Shown piece by piece: positions 31,844 to 42,666 of a stretch of 48,139 bases of DNA. Positions within the stretch are counted from its first letter, which is position 1; every line of letters starts with the position of its first letter. Under the pieces are notes generated by a model, which was not told where the DNA came from, ran no database searches, and worked only from the letters and a program-made list of their open reading frames with translations. The DNA is taken from positions 1-48,139 of the forward strand of contig CAVPXM010000058.1 in assembly GCA_963709405.1 (NCBI GenBank). The letters are read 5' to 3'. The position numbers and the translations under genes were made by a program. The DNA comes from an uncultured Nitrososphaerales archaeon. Its GTDB lineage: Archaea; Thermoproteota; Nitrososphaeria; Nitrososphaerales; Nitrososphaeraceae.

Positions 31844-32410
31844 ATGGCATTAGTGAGTAACAACTATCTCAAATATACAATAACTATACTAGCAATTGTT
31901 GGTGTAGTTACAGGAGCTGTCACAATTAATGATCCCGCCCAAAAATTAGTACTTGCACAGAGTTCTAATCCTGCTTCGATGGCCATGAATATGGACATGA
32001 ATGCAACAACAGCTCCAGTATCAAAAATGCATTTACTTGGAAAAGGTACTCCTGTATTAGTACATATAAGTACTGGAGAGAGCAATAGCACTTATGAAGT
32101 CCATTCGGCAATGATGGGAGTGGATCATTCATTAGCTATGTTACGAGACGGCAAAGATGTATCGATCCTCCTTGACGTAAACGGGGTTAAGATTGCAACG
32201 AAAAATGTAACCGGACCATTAGAACCAGTAAGTAAAACGCTTCAACTGTTCCTGAATGAAGGAGGCAGGGTAATTGCATGTGACCACTGCGTGAAGATGG
32301 CTGGATTGACTATCGAGAATCTTCTTCCTGGCATAGAGATTGACACACATCCAGAGATGCCTAAAATGCAAAAAATAATCGACCAACGCCCGGTAGTTCT
32401 TGATTACTAA
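31844..32410 (+). CDS. Secreted DsrE/DsrF-like protein with CxxC and Met-rich N-terminus
   Basis: Signal peptide, SMAMNMDM, VSILLDVNGV, GGRVIACDHC. Confidence 0.85.
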   Translation: MALVSNNYLKYTITILAIVGVVTGAVTINDPAQKLVLAQSSNPASMAMNMDMNATTAPVSKMHLLGKGTPVLVHISTGESNSTYEVHSAMMGVDHSLAMLRDGKDVSILLDVNGVKIATKNVTGPLEPVSKTLQLFLNEGGRVIACDHCVKMAGLTIENLLPGIEIDTHPEMPKMQKIIDQRPVVLDY

Positions 32411-32513
32411 ATGAACGATACCGAATCTCCATATTCCTTTTTTGGAAATTTTAGAAACCATATTCTGGGTCCAATACGTATCTCCAAGTTAACAGGATCA
32501 GTCGGCTATTAAG

Positions 32514-32985
32514 TCAAGTGTCATATTTAATGTCGTCAATCCAAGTTCCAAATCTACTCTCTAGATAACCTGATACTGCAGCTTTCTGTTCTTCTATTTG
32601 CGTATAAAATCTGTTTGCACACACATCTGATTTTATCTGCTGGTTTACTTTCCTTTCATTTGGATTTAGGTATGGTGCTTTCTTTGGTAGGTGGATTATG
32701 GTCAGCCAGTCTTCTTTCTGTGAATTGATATAATTCCGTACCATTAGGATTACATGGTGTGAAGAGTTATCCCATACGAGTATCATGAGCCTTTTCCACC
32801 AATCATTTTTCATGATGTTTCTCTTGACATTCTCCAGATGGTCAATAGTATTCGTAGAATTCATTCTATCATACAAATCAAACGTCATTAATTTCTTCTC
32901 AGGCCATAGCATGGATATCTATGGGCGAACTTCTTTCTACTTCCATTATGTTCTATCCTTTGTTGCTGGCCTTCAAAACTCATTA
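32514..32985 (-). mobile_element. IS630 transposase 3' fragment (diverged copy of 2643-3115)
   Basis: VWDNS, LPKKAPYLNPNE; same 3' end IKYDT. Confidence 0.85.
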
Positions 32986-33709
32986 GTAACTTGGCTTTGA
33001 CAAATTAAACTGGCTCATAATTTTCTCTATCTATCAATCCTTCAACGATCAGTTTGCTAATTTGTTGAATCTCGACTTCTATCTGTTGCTTTGTTCCTTG
33101 TTAGTTCTTGATTGATTTGACATTGCATATTCCCTAAAACAGTATCATAAAGTCTCTTTCGATTTCGTGCATTTAGGTACCAAAAACAGGTAGCAGGATA
33201 CAAGTTAGAATCTTCTATTAAAGAATACAACGAACACATGGACAAATGCAATAAAATGATGGCATGCCTAAGAGAGCGAGCTATAGAAGAAGGATTTACT
33301 ATTACCGAACCAGAGCTAATCCAAGAGGTCGATAGATTCGTAGAGTACTGCAGACGGTTGTACCTTAGAACCGTCAAAACGATCATGGTTGGAGCTGACC
33401 CCCGAACAACGCTATCAAGAGAAAAAAAATGACTGGTGGGGTCATGAGTGACGGCGTCTGGTTGCGATACGGAAATGTCTATGTGAGTCCTGACAAACCT
33501 GGCTGCTGTCAGACGCTGGATGTATCGAAGAATGCCTATACTATCCAGACACTGGAAGGATCGAAGACGAGGAAGTAGAAAGCTGGTATAACTAGCAAAA
33601 ACTTAATCTAATGATAGATCGTTGACTGTAGAAGTATCAGATCGATAACATAGTTACCAAAATTAGAACTTAAATACAACAATGTAGTAAATTACATTAT
33701 CCAAACAAT

Positions 33710-33945
33710 ATGCTAAAAACAGTAAAAGCATTAAACAACAGGTATGCTAATGAGAATATGGAAGTTAGAAAGATACGACCAAGCGGCGGATATCCCCAGT
33801 CTATCAAGTCGCTAGACTTAACGTTACCACGTCGATTATCAGCTAAAGCGAATCTAGATATAGGTGATTATGTGACATGTGAATTGCAATGACTACCAAG
33901 ATCAGGATCGCATTGTCTTGTAATTAGAAAGCTAGACTTTTCGGG
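33710..33945 (+). CDS. AbrB/MazE/SpoVT-type DNA-binding protein, probably frameshifted
   Basis: EVRKIR...SLDLTLPRRLSAKANLDIGDYV and downstream LVIRKLD. Confidence 0.6.
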
Positions 33946-34244
33946 TATAATAGGTGAGAGTGTTAGCGAATGAGCGAAGACGCTGGTAGTCGCTTAGACC
34001 TTGGAGGCTTTCCAAATCAACTAGTGGCTTCCAACTGGTATCTTTATAGAATGATGCTAACTCACTGAAATATGATGTAGAACTGGAATTGTCATTATTA
34101 TTGTTAGTAGAGGGATTATGATATCTGCCTAAGCGTTTTGTATCACTCAAATACTCTTATTATTATTATGTAATATATGGTAATGAAGTTATCTCTAGCA
34201 GTTTAGTTTATTGGTTCTTTAATTCCTATCAAGTTTAATATCTC

Positions 34245-34482
34245 GTATTATGGAACTTCATTTGCAGTCGAGAGGACAAGCAGTTGCATTTGATCTCCAT
34301 TCCAAAAGCAAAATTTGAAATCGTTATCCCGGATTCACAATTAGATTCTGTTATTCAGACAATTACGGAGGCTCGCCAAAACAGTAGAAGGTCAACATGG
34401 AGACTGCGTTATTTTCGTGTCGACCATAGACCAAGCAATTAAGATAGCTACTTCAGAAAAAGGAGAAAAGGTCATCTTATAG
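34245..34482 (+). pseudogene. P-II (GlnB/GlnK family) C-terminal fragment (not in the ORF track)
   Basis: PKAKFEIVIPDSQLDSVIQTITEA...KT...GDCVIFVSTIDQAIKIATSEKG, with two frameshifts. Confidence 0.75.
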
Positions 34483-34799
34483 TTTTAGGTTAGAAGGTTC
34501 GTTTTTGATTATGCTTTCAGCACCATACAAGATCTGCGTAGTCTGAGTCTGTAAATCAAAATAGAGATGGTGATATGAGTAAGACATTCAACAAAATCCA
34601 GTTGTTGTTCCTGTCTGTCACTATTACCATCAGGTTTGATGTAAAAAAACTAAATCAGAGTAAAGAATAATATGGCTCAAAACTTTGCCTGTCATTACTT
34701 CTCAATCATCCTTTCTCTACCGGTTTGCCAACCATACCAACATGCTTCGTTCTATTACGTAAGTTGAACTTGAGTAAAAAGAGTTTCAAAAAAATAAGA

Positions 34800-35265
34800 T
34801 TAGGTCCCAAATGGAGCTCGAAGAGCATCACCACCAATAATCTGAGAAGGCTTTGGAGTTGAACTGTTGGGTGATTCTTCAGATATGAGTATTTGATTAT
34901 ATGCGTGTGGTTTGCCAATATTTTGATTAAAGGTAAGTTTGCCATCTGCGCTTACCTCACCCAAACTTAGATAGGAACTTGCCTTTGTGTCTACAAGCCA
35001 TGCTTTAAAGACCTTTCCAGCAGATGGTGCCTTTTCTAAACCTACAAGGATGCTTAACATTTGTGCTTGTGGTTGAATCGCATAGGATCCAACCCTTTCT
35101 CCTCCAAATGGTTTACTACCTGAAGGCAGCAGTAAGTTCACCTTGTACTAAGTTTGCTTCACCTTGTGCTATAGCCTGTTGTTGAAATAATTTTGGTGTT
35201 ATTGTCATTGCACATATAGTTGCTGCAACTGCAATCAATGCAAAAATTCTGGTCCTTGATGTCAT
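34800..35265 (-). CDS. Secreted protein with anti-sigma factor (RskA C-terminal)-like domain, frameshift near 35145
   Basis: Leader MTSRTRIFALIAVAATICAM...AIA-Q; PSAGKVFKAWLVD...YLSLG...ISEE.P. Confidence 0.65.
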
Positions 35266-35353
35266 TAATCATTATTTAGCTCACAGATAATTATAAGGTT
35301 TTTCAACGTATTGTGTGCTGAATTTTAACTTGTGCTAAGACCAAATACTTCCT

Positions 35354-35539
35354 AATATCTCCACGCATGTCTGCAATATCTCCACTTATTGCGATTAAAT
35401 CAAGGTAATTAATAGTGGAGGTATTTGTAGTAAGGTCGAGATATCTTAAAGCGTTGCATGAAATATCTCTACCACTTTTAGACTTACTTTGAGCACGAAT
35501 TCGGCTTTGGTGGAGGTAGTGGAGATAGTGAAGGTATTT
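35354..35539. repeat. Cluster of AATATCTCCAC-like direct and inverted repeats
   Basis: Copies at 35354, 35375, 35462 (+) and 35415, 35435, 35510, 35519, 35528 (-). Confidence 0.6.
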
Positions 35540-35715
35540 TCAGTTTATCTTTTGGTCGTAAATCTGAAGGAAGTTATGGAACCTGTGCATCAGCTAGTTC
35601 TATTGGATTAGCATGGTGTGTCATTCATTGGTACTCCTAAACTTCTACTCTTTTTGGAATACAACTTGTATCTTGTTTTGGAATAATTCAGAGATAAGTA
35701 AGCGTAGAAGTTTCA

Positions 35716-36021
35716 CTATATTTGATCCCTAGTTAGTGAGGTAGAGTAGATGGTATGTCTGGTTTGCGTACCTACTAATTCCTCCGAAGTCTCATTATTA
35801 CGCTTAACAAACCTAGGGGCTATTTGTAGCTTCTTTATGCTATTGCTCAGTTGAGTTTTAACATCATATACTTTGGCTAATGCTGCCGTATGTAGAGATA
35901 ATACGCCACCTCCATTATTAATCCTATAATTATTCAATAAATCGTCATAAGTGGACAAGATTACTGCCATGATGATCATGGAAATAATAGTCACCAAGGA
36001 CAATGCCTTTAACTTCTGCAT
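35716..36021 (-). CDS. Hypothetical secreted protein or 5' fragment
   Basis: Signal-peptide-like N-terminus only. Confidence 0.35.
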   Translation of the reverse strand: MQKLKALSLVTIISMIIMAVILSTYDDLLNNYRINNGGGVLSLHTAALAKVYDVKTQLSNSIKKLQIAPRFVKRNNETSEELVGTQTRHTIYSTSLTRDQI

Positions 36022-36962
36022 CTTCTAAAGATGTGTCACCTCATCATCCTCTATTTCTGATTGACATAATAGATTTACGCGACATTCAGCCGACAGATCA
36101 ATGAAAATAAAATTTACACTTGTGACTCCCAGCAAGAAAATAGGTAGTGGACTGTCATTAGGTCAAGCATTGCCATAGTAGATATAATGATGCACGGAAT
36201 ACCAATTTGTTCTACAGACTAAATTCAATTAATACTATTAATCAAAATGTAACCTATCTATGTAAATATAACAACTAGGCATAGGTAGATCGATAGGCTA
36301 CGCTGAGACAGACGTTGATTACCTGTGTTATGATTATCTTGTAATAGCTTTAGGGAGTGATACGAACGTAGCTCGCAGTCATCGAACCATCATTATTATC
36401 GGGCTTACATAAAATAGCAAAGCTATAGTAATAAATGTATAATCACGAGTTATCACATACTTTTTTGCGAATTAGACATTGAATTTTTAGAATCGGGCCA
36501 GATTGATCTACCATGCATCAACTAGCCTTGTTCTCTTATCACTTCATGATGATCTTCCACTTTAAATCCTATTTCTGACAGATATGTTCTATCGAAAATC
36601 ATACTATGCCCCTAAATGTAAATCATCATTGTCATAAAATCTAACCCATGCAATGAATTCTTCAGTTATTTCATAAATAATAATTATTAATCAGTCTTAG
36701 AATAAATGCCAAGATCGGATTTAATCGTTAATATCCAAGTCGACTTGGAATATCACATTTGTCGCATATGTTATTACATTTTCGAGTTACGTTCAATATA
36801 GATATGATAGGTCAGTTGTGTTATGAGATGAAATTCAAATATGCTATGATTAACTGATCACATCTTGTACATTAATTCGATCGGTACAATATCCAAAAAT
36901 AAAAAAATAGCGCTGAGTTCGAAATGGGCTTTATCATATTGTCAATACTAGATTTCCAGTCT

Positions 36963-37550
36963 TTAACCGCCTGGAACTCCTGGTTGGATCTCGTTTACAC
37001 CTACTACTGCAGTGCTACTTGGTGGAAATGTTATGGGCTGGTCAGAGGGATTTTGTAATGCTACATCTGTCTGGTAAACTTTCTTTGCAGGATCTGAATC
37101 AATATCTACGTGATACAAGCACATATTTCCAGGCTGTGATAATTCCTTTATAATATCTGGTTCTACAACTTTGAACGCGGGAGCGGGTCCAATAAGTACG
37201 TTTACATTGGCCTTAGAATTCAAGTCACATGGAACATGTAGAGCTACGTGTCCGGCATTTATCATGTATGGTGTAGAATCGTAAATATGTAAGAATCCCT
37301 TCCCTGGTATGGTCTGGCCTTGTAGAAGAAGTGTAATAGTGTCTCTAGTAACTGTACTTTGATTGCCTGTGGGACTAGCTGATGACATATTCATGCTTGA
37401 CATTCCTCCACTAGTTCCCTGATCTTGTGATGGATTCAGTGGATTAGTCTGACCTAGGACTTTCGTAATTCCTGTTGTCATAATAGCTAATGACAGTGCA
37501 ATTGCAACCAACATTCCAAATGCAATTCCGTTATTTCTATTACTTTTCAT
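36963..37550 (-). CDS. Secreted HxYDxTPY-family His/Cys protein with Met patch
   Basis: Signal peptide, GMSSMNMS, HIYDSTPY...GHVALHVPC...CLYHVD. Confidence 0.82.
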   Translation of the reverse strand: MKSNRNNGIAFGMLVAIALSLAIMTTGITKVLGQTNPLNPSQDQGTSGGMSSMNMSSASPTGNQSTVTRDTITLLLQGQTIPGKGFLHIYDSTPYMINAGHVALHVPCDLNSKANVNVLIGPAPAFKVVEPDIIKELSQPGNMCLYHVDIDSDPAKKVYQTDVALQNPSDQPITFPPSSTAVVGVNEIQPGVPGG

Positions 37551-37591
37551 TTGTATTAGTATGTGAGGCGATCGCCAGCCTAATAACTTTT

Positions 37592-37614
37592 TAGTTTATT
37601 CGACGAATGTACCA
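37592..37614 (-). promoter_or_regulatory. 23-bp palindromic operator
   Basis: Minus strand tggtacattcgtcgaataaacta, 5 bp, TTATTA (37586), ATG at 37550. Confidence 0.88.
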
Positions 37615-37790
37615 GAAGTTCCTTAAGCTCACCTTGAGTTTATTTCACTGCGTTAACCATCAATTTAAAGCATTTACAATTGAATACTCTTAAGACGTCA
37701 TGTTAAATCTTAATAGATAAAGAATATATGAAATTCTGAAAAACATCAGCCCTAATTATGAAAGCAGACTTTATCTGAAAAAAACTGCTT

Positions 37791-38474
37791 TCATAGCCCT
37801 TCTGGAAATGAATACTTTGAAGGAATAGACTTTGGAGGTGTCCCGTAAACGAGTGCAATCTCGTCATGAGCATTCAACTTGACATCTTTGTAGTTTACAT
37901 TACTTGGTACTTTATTACCATTCACATAGACAGTTGGTACTTGTTTTCCACCCAGGATGTCATCAAATGATTTGGAATTATTCAATTTACTCTTCCAGAC
38001 TTCAAAGAATTGACCTAACGTAAAATCTCTCTTTAAAGGTGACTCGATATGTATAATGCCTGTCCCATCATGTGTATGCAACCAGTATATACATTTATCA
38101 TCCACGATACCGATTTGTGGAGGGATATATATGAGATGATCATTGACAAAGATATCAAGATGTGCATGTATATGAAATTGGAGCATCTCCATTGTATTGC
38201 ATTGTATACCATCTATGGTTAGGTCCGGATGAGAGGAGGAATTCAAGCCCATTGTATAATAGATCCCTAAGCCTGCACCGAGAGCAACCAAAATACTAAT
38301 ACTAGTAAATATAATCAATTTTTTGGAAACATCTCGTGATCTGCTGCTATGTGGTTTGATAGGCTCTATCTTATGCAGGTCATTATGAACATCATCCTTA
38401 TGTTTTTCCAGATTCTTTCTGGATTCAAATGATTTTCCACACACATTACAAGGTATTCTTTCTTTGTCTACCAT
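37791..38474 (-). CDS. C2H2 zinc finger - TM - extracellular His-rich domain protein
   Basis: CNVCGKSF....LEKHKDDVH; one TM; FHIHAHL, CIYWLHTHDGTGIIHIES, FTLGQFF. Confidence 0.85.
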   Translation of the reverse strand: MVDKERIPCNVCGKSFESRKNLEKHKDDVHNDLHKIEPIKPHSSRSRDVSKKLIIFTSISILVALGAGLGIYYTMGLNSSSHPDLTIDGIQCNTMEMLQFHIHAHLDIFVNDHLIYIPPQIGIVDDKCIYWLHTHDGTGIIHIESPLKRDFTLGQFFEVWKSKLNNSKSFDDILGGKQVPTVYVNGNKVPSNVNYKDVKLNAHDEIALVYGTPPKSIPSKYSFPEGL

Positions 38475-38715
38475 CGATAATCCCGATCTCTCATTTAGTC
38501 TATATTCCTAGTAAAATATAGAGGTTAAGATATATTCGTTATTGTTGACACGAATGGACTGAAATGTGTAAAGTCACTATCATGTTTTCGTGAACAGTCA
38601 TTATCAGCTGGCTTTTACCATCAAACCAAATCTAAGCTGTCTAGTTATTAATCTCATTGCATAATGCAATGCAGATTTTCTCCAATGCTTTCAAGAAGAC
38701 TTACGATTTTGAATT

Positions 38716-38739
38716 TGGTATATTCCGTCGAATGTACTT
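38716..38739 (+). promoter_or_regulatory. Palindromic operator with a 1-bp insertion
   Basis: tggtatattcCgtcgaatgtactt, 5 bp, TTACAA. Confidence 0.7.
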
Positions 38740-38825
38740 TCAAATTACAAACTAATAGAAAACAAAACTACAGTATATCGCAAACATAATATAAGTATGT
38801 GATTCAATGTAGCTATATTAGTAAT

Positions 38826-39990
38826 ATGCGATCTAGAGGATCTGCTTCGCTATTTTTCTTTGTTTTGACGAGCACTATTCTTGTTTATTGTATGATTTTA
38901 TCAGCAATTCCGTTACCGATTTTTAACCGCGCATTCGCTGATGGATTGTCACAGGAGCAGATATCTGCATCTATGGGCTCTAGAAAAGCAGACTTGCTCA
39001 TTAAGACGACGCCACCAGTTGTTACAACAGAGACCTTGCAATCATCAAAACAAAAGCCAGTTCTTGAATTTAGATTATTCGACTCAAATTCAAACAAATC
39101 GTTTAGTCACGTAAACTATTACATCACAATCGATAAAGATGGTAAGGAACTGCTCTCTGACTGGTTTCATTCTCACGATGGAGATTTAGGAATTCAGATT
39201 ATCCCAAGTAACATGAGTAAAATGAAATTGTCTGGAGAGCAAGAACCACTTGTAGGCGGATATATCGGAACACTGGATAAACCAGTTATCGCTGAAGGAC
39301 CAATGTTTGTAAATGGTGGTCTATATCATTTTACGGTACGAATTGGTACTGTGGATTGTGATACCTGCATACTACCTGCCGAACAACAGCATCTCTATGA
39401 TAGTTGGTTGAGTATTGGCAGTGTATTGAATCGTCAAGTAACTCTCAGTGACAAACAAATTCCAGTTAAAGATTATATCATATTATGATAAATTGAATAA
39501 CTTTACATTTGATAATAAAACTATGCGAATGCAATTTACCATGCCATTCAACTGGAACATCAAACGAATAAATAGCACTAATATCTTTGTTCATCAAGAA
39601 GTATACGTACCGAAAGCCAATGCCTTTACTAATAATGGGTCGTTTATTGGAAAGGTAAATGGAGTAGACGTCTCAAAACAGATCGTAGTAGATAATAGCA
39701 ATCCAGGTAGGGATGTGATCCATGTGATGTTACCAAAGGATACGGTCCTTAAAGTAGCCGATCAAGTTAGGAAAAATGACCAGCAACAGGTTCTAAATGG
39801 AACTAATCAACTATGACGATGAACTTTGAACTACAGCCTAGTCCGAAGACTTCTACCACGAGGATCGGAAATATGTCTATGTCAATGGGGGCAATGGGCT
39901 CGATGGGGTCAATGCCTTCAGGATCTACCTCTCGATAGATATCCCTCGCTAAGGACTTTGGCGATTTTCATACATTCTCTACTATATGTA
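38826..39990 (+). pseudogene. Large thaumarchaeal surface protein, frameshifted and truncated
   Basis: AFA-DGL leader, HVNY, WFHSHDG, GGLYHF, CDTC; continues in ORF 39448-39816, then ENMSMSMGAMGSMGSM in another frame. Confidence 0.65.
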
Positions 39991-40025
39991 CTGGTTAAGG
40001 AATTAATCAGATCTATAGATGCATA

Positions 40026-40666
40026 TCATCTTGAAATCCTTTGCCTATGCTGTACTACCAGTACTAGTGATACAGCCACCGCAGCGATGATTATTCCCGC
40101 AATTATTATTACAGCTAAAAGACGATGTAGGGGCAGTAAAGGTACCAAACGGTTGAAATGGCACATCTACTCTTAAATGATCCGAGGGTAGACAAATTGT
40201 TCGAATCTACTCTTGTTATCACTTGATAGGTGCCGGAATCAGGAAAAATATAGTTTACATTGAAATCTCCATTCGAAGAAGAAATATTATCGAACTTGAA
40301 TGTTCTCAGTTGGCCCGCTACTATTGGTTGTTACAACAACCCGTGCATGAAGCTCACTAATATTCTTGGAATCTGTTAAGTTCTGTACTACAAATCTCAG
40401 TTGGGTTTTGGTATCAATCATAGGGGATTGTCGGTATATTGTTAAATTGAATTTTCATATTATTTATTTTGTCAATCCACTGTTGTGTGCTACTACCAGA
40501 ATTGCTGCTAGATATCGATGACGTTTGTGCTAAAACCACATGCGATGATGAAAGTGCATCATGATTTGTGACAATCTGTAGAACATTTAATGTCAGTAGG
40601 ATGAAAGATGCAAAGTAAACCGGCTTTAAGGCTCTACCGCTTATGATGTTACTAGAAGATGTCCAT
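40026..40666 (-). pseudogene. Frameshifted paralog of 30683 (not in the ORF track)
   Basis: Minus strand VVLAQTSS...QQWIDKINNMKIQF, ISSSNGDFNVNYIFPDSGTYQVI, AGIIIAAVAVSLVLVV. Confidence 0.75.
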
Positions 40667-41052
40667 ACATTACGTGTATTGCTAGATAGTGATGAACTCA
40701 GTATTTTTCGCCTCTTATAATAAAATCATTTAGCTTCTTAGTGCTATATATCTTCTCAAGAGAAGGAGGAAGTTGTTTTTGTGATACACTATCATTTACC
40801 ATCTTCTCCAAAGAATAACGCCTTACCAATATATCACTCACAATCAACTCTCGAAACGATCTATATTTTATATTCACATTCATCTTGATCTGCCTGCAAT
40901 TTCTGCATATATCGACCACCGGTCGAGGGAGCTGAACATTATGTTCTTCAAGGCTAAGTGATAATCGAGATCCAATCATGCCTCTATCGGTGACCACGAC
41001 AATAATCGATCAACCTCAAAAAATATAGTTATAAAACTTTTCCATTGTTGCA

Positions 41053-42078
41053 CTAACCAATCTTGTAATTAGATATCAATGTGGGATGTAGCTGCAAATG
41101 GATAAGATTCATCACAGTACTGAACGAACCTTTGCTATCAATAGTCATTTTTAGCTGTGAGAGAATCTTGTTTAGTTGTGATTCTATGTCTGAAGTTGCA
41201 TTTTTGGTTGCGGACCCTGGTGACTTGAGATATTTGGGAATAATTTCTTGAGCTTGTTTGACATACGCCTGAGCGTTCTGATACTCTGACTCATTTAGTA
41301 TACTCACCTTATTGTCCATGGCTAGCCTATTCTTGTTGCTACCGGCATTCATATTATTCATATTATTCATATTTTTTGCTTGCATATTCATATTAGAACT
41401 CATTGCTGACATATTCATTGTTGCGACCATATTAGTCAACTTAGCCTGTGGAAATCCAAGGGCCTTACCATAGCTATAAAATATTTCGTTTCCCATATTA
41501 CCCAGCACTAGCGCCTGATTTGTAGAATTGTTTACAGCATCTTTTATCACTCTTGCAGATACAGCCTCATCAAGTAGGCCACCCAAATTAACTATATTGT
41601 CTTGAATAAGTGAGTTATTATCAGCAAGTGAAGATTTATTATTAGGTGGTGTAGATACTTTCTGGTTTAGAGAAACCTTTAAGTCATTTAGTCCTCTGGT
41701 AAGATCCCTTGCTATTCGTTGATTTCTTTCTGCAATTTCTTGGTTCCATGTGAAATTGCTTCCAGGATCTTTCTGATTTAGTAATGCTATTGCCTCCATC
41801 GCATGAGTTTGAGCGAATTTGGTATTATTCATATTATTATTGCTAGCACTGGTATTGGTTGAAAGAAGATTCTGAACCAATTGTAACTGAGAATGCATTT
41901 GATCTACTCTAGTAAGGAACAACGAATTTTCATTTTGTGAAAATGTATGCCCAAATGTAGAAGGTAATGTCGATATCGCGGTACTTGTGAATACAAATAT
42001 AGTGAATAAACTAATTAAGAACCGAAATGATTTTTCAGTCCTCATCGTAGACACAATCCATTTATTGACACTATTCAT
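41053..42078 (-). CDS. Secreted His1/Met-loop helical protein
   Basis: TFG-HTFSQNE, MNMSAMSSNMNM loop, IHLQLHP; paralog of 27710. Confidence 0.88.
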   Translation of the reverse strand: MNSVNKWIVSTMRTEKSFRFLISLFTIFVFTSTAISTLPSTFGHTFSQNENSLFLTRVDQMHSQLQLVQNLLSTNTSASNNNMNNTKFAQTHAMEAIALLNQKDPGSNFTWNQEIAERNQRIARDLTRGLNDLKVSLNQKVSTPPNNKSSLADNNSLIQDNIVNLGGLLDEAVSARVIKDAVNNSTNQALVLGNMGNEIFYSYGKALGFPQAKLTNMVATMNMSAMSSNMNMQAKNMNNMNNMNAGSNKNRLAMDNKVSILNESEYQNAQAYVKQAQEIIPKYLKSPGSATKNATSDIESQLNKILSQLKMTIDSKGSFSTVMNLIHLQLHPTLISNYKIG

Positions 42079-42114
42079 GATTATTTTATCATTCTTTAGT
42101 CCTTATAAGTATTA

Positions 42115-42137
42115 TAGTGCATCACTCGAATACGCCT
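42115..42137 (-). promoter_or_regulatory. Degenerate palindromic operator
   Basis: Plus strand tagtgcatcactcgaatacgcct (13/22 matches), placed 5 bp from CTTATA (42109), with ATG at 42078. Confidence 0.5.
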
Positions 42138-42666
42138 TTGTGTGGCAAGGGGTAGTATGTTCCACGCAAATGATTAATGGCAACAACTGATGCCAGGTAG
42201 GCTAATTTATGCCACGCCAAGTATTTATCAAACTATACTCATTAACATAAATTCGTCAAATCAATCAACGTATCTACTATCTATTTAAACGCTTTTGTAC
42301 TTACACGAAATTATGTCAGGCGGTATAGTATCGTTCAGGTTATAAAAAGTGATGAACGGGTTCATGCAACAAAGAATGAATGAGCGATGTGCTCCATATA
42401 CCAAGCTTCGGACCGTACAGAGGTAACCTGTGGCCTTTCGGCGCAAAAGTACCAAGGTTCAAGTATTTCTATTCTGAGCTCACGATTATCAACACGTGGG
42501 TCCATTTTTACTAGAACCACTTATCCAAACCCATCTGCAAGACATTAATAAAAAAGATTCAGATCATACTTGTCCAGGTAGCCTGACTTTTGTGAAGGCC
42601 AGTACAAGGTGATCCTCTTGTTTAAATTTGCGGGTTATGAGCGATTTTCTGTGCTACAGATATATG

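Noticed and set aside
36734-36749. Perfect 16-bp palindrome tccaagtcgacttgga
   Set aside because: Single occurrence with no linked gene or promoter geometry.
4880-36890. Weak operator-like half sites near 4882, 5527, 19304, 27472, 28819 and 36865
   Set aside because: Too few matches or wrong spacing to distinguish from chance by eye in AT-rich DNA.
9426-38739. Palindromic repeats as a CRISPR array or MITE family
   Set aside because: Copies are kilobases apart, have no spacers, shared flanks or target duplications, and are fixed relative to TATA boxes; no cas genes.
39826-40176. ORF 39826-40176 (+)
   Set aside because: Composite of an off-frame Met-rich tail and the antisense of the 40026-40666 pseudogene.
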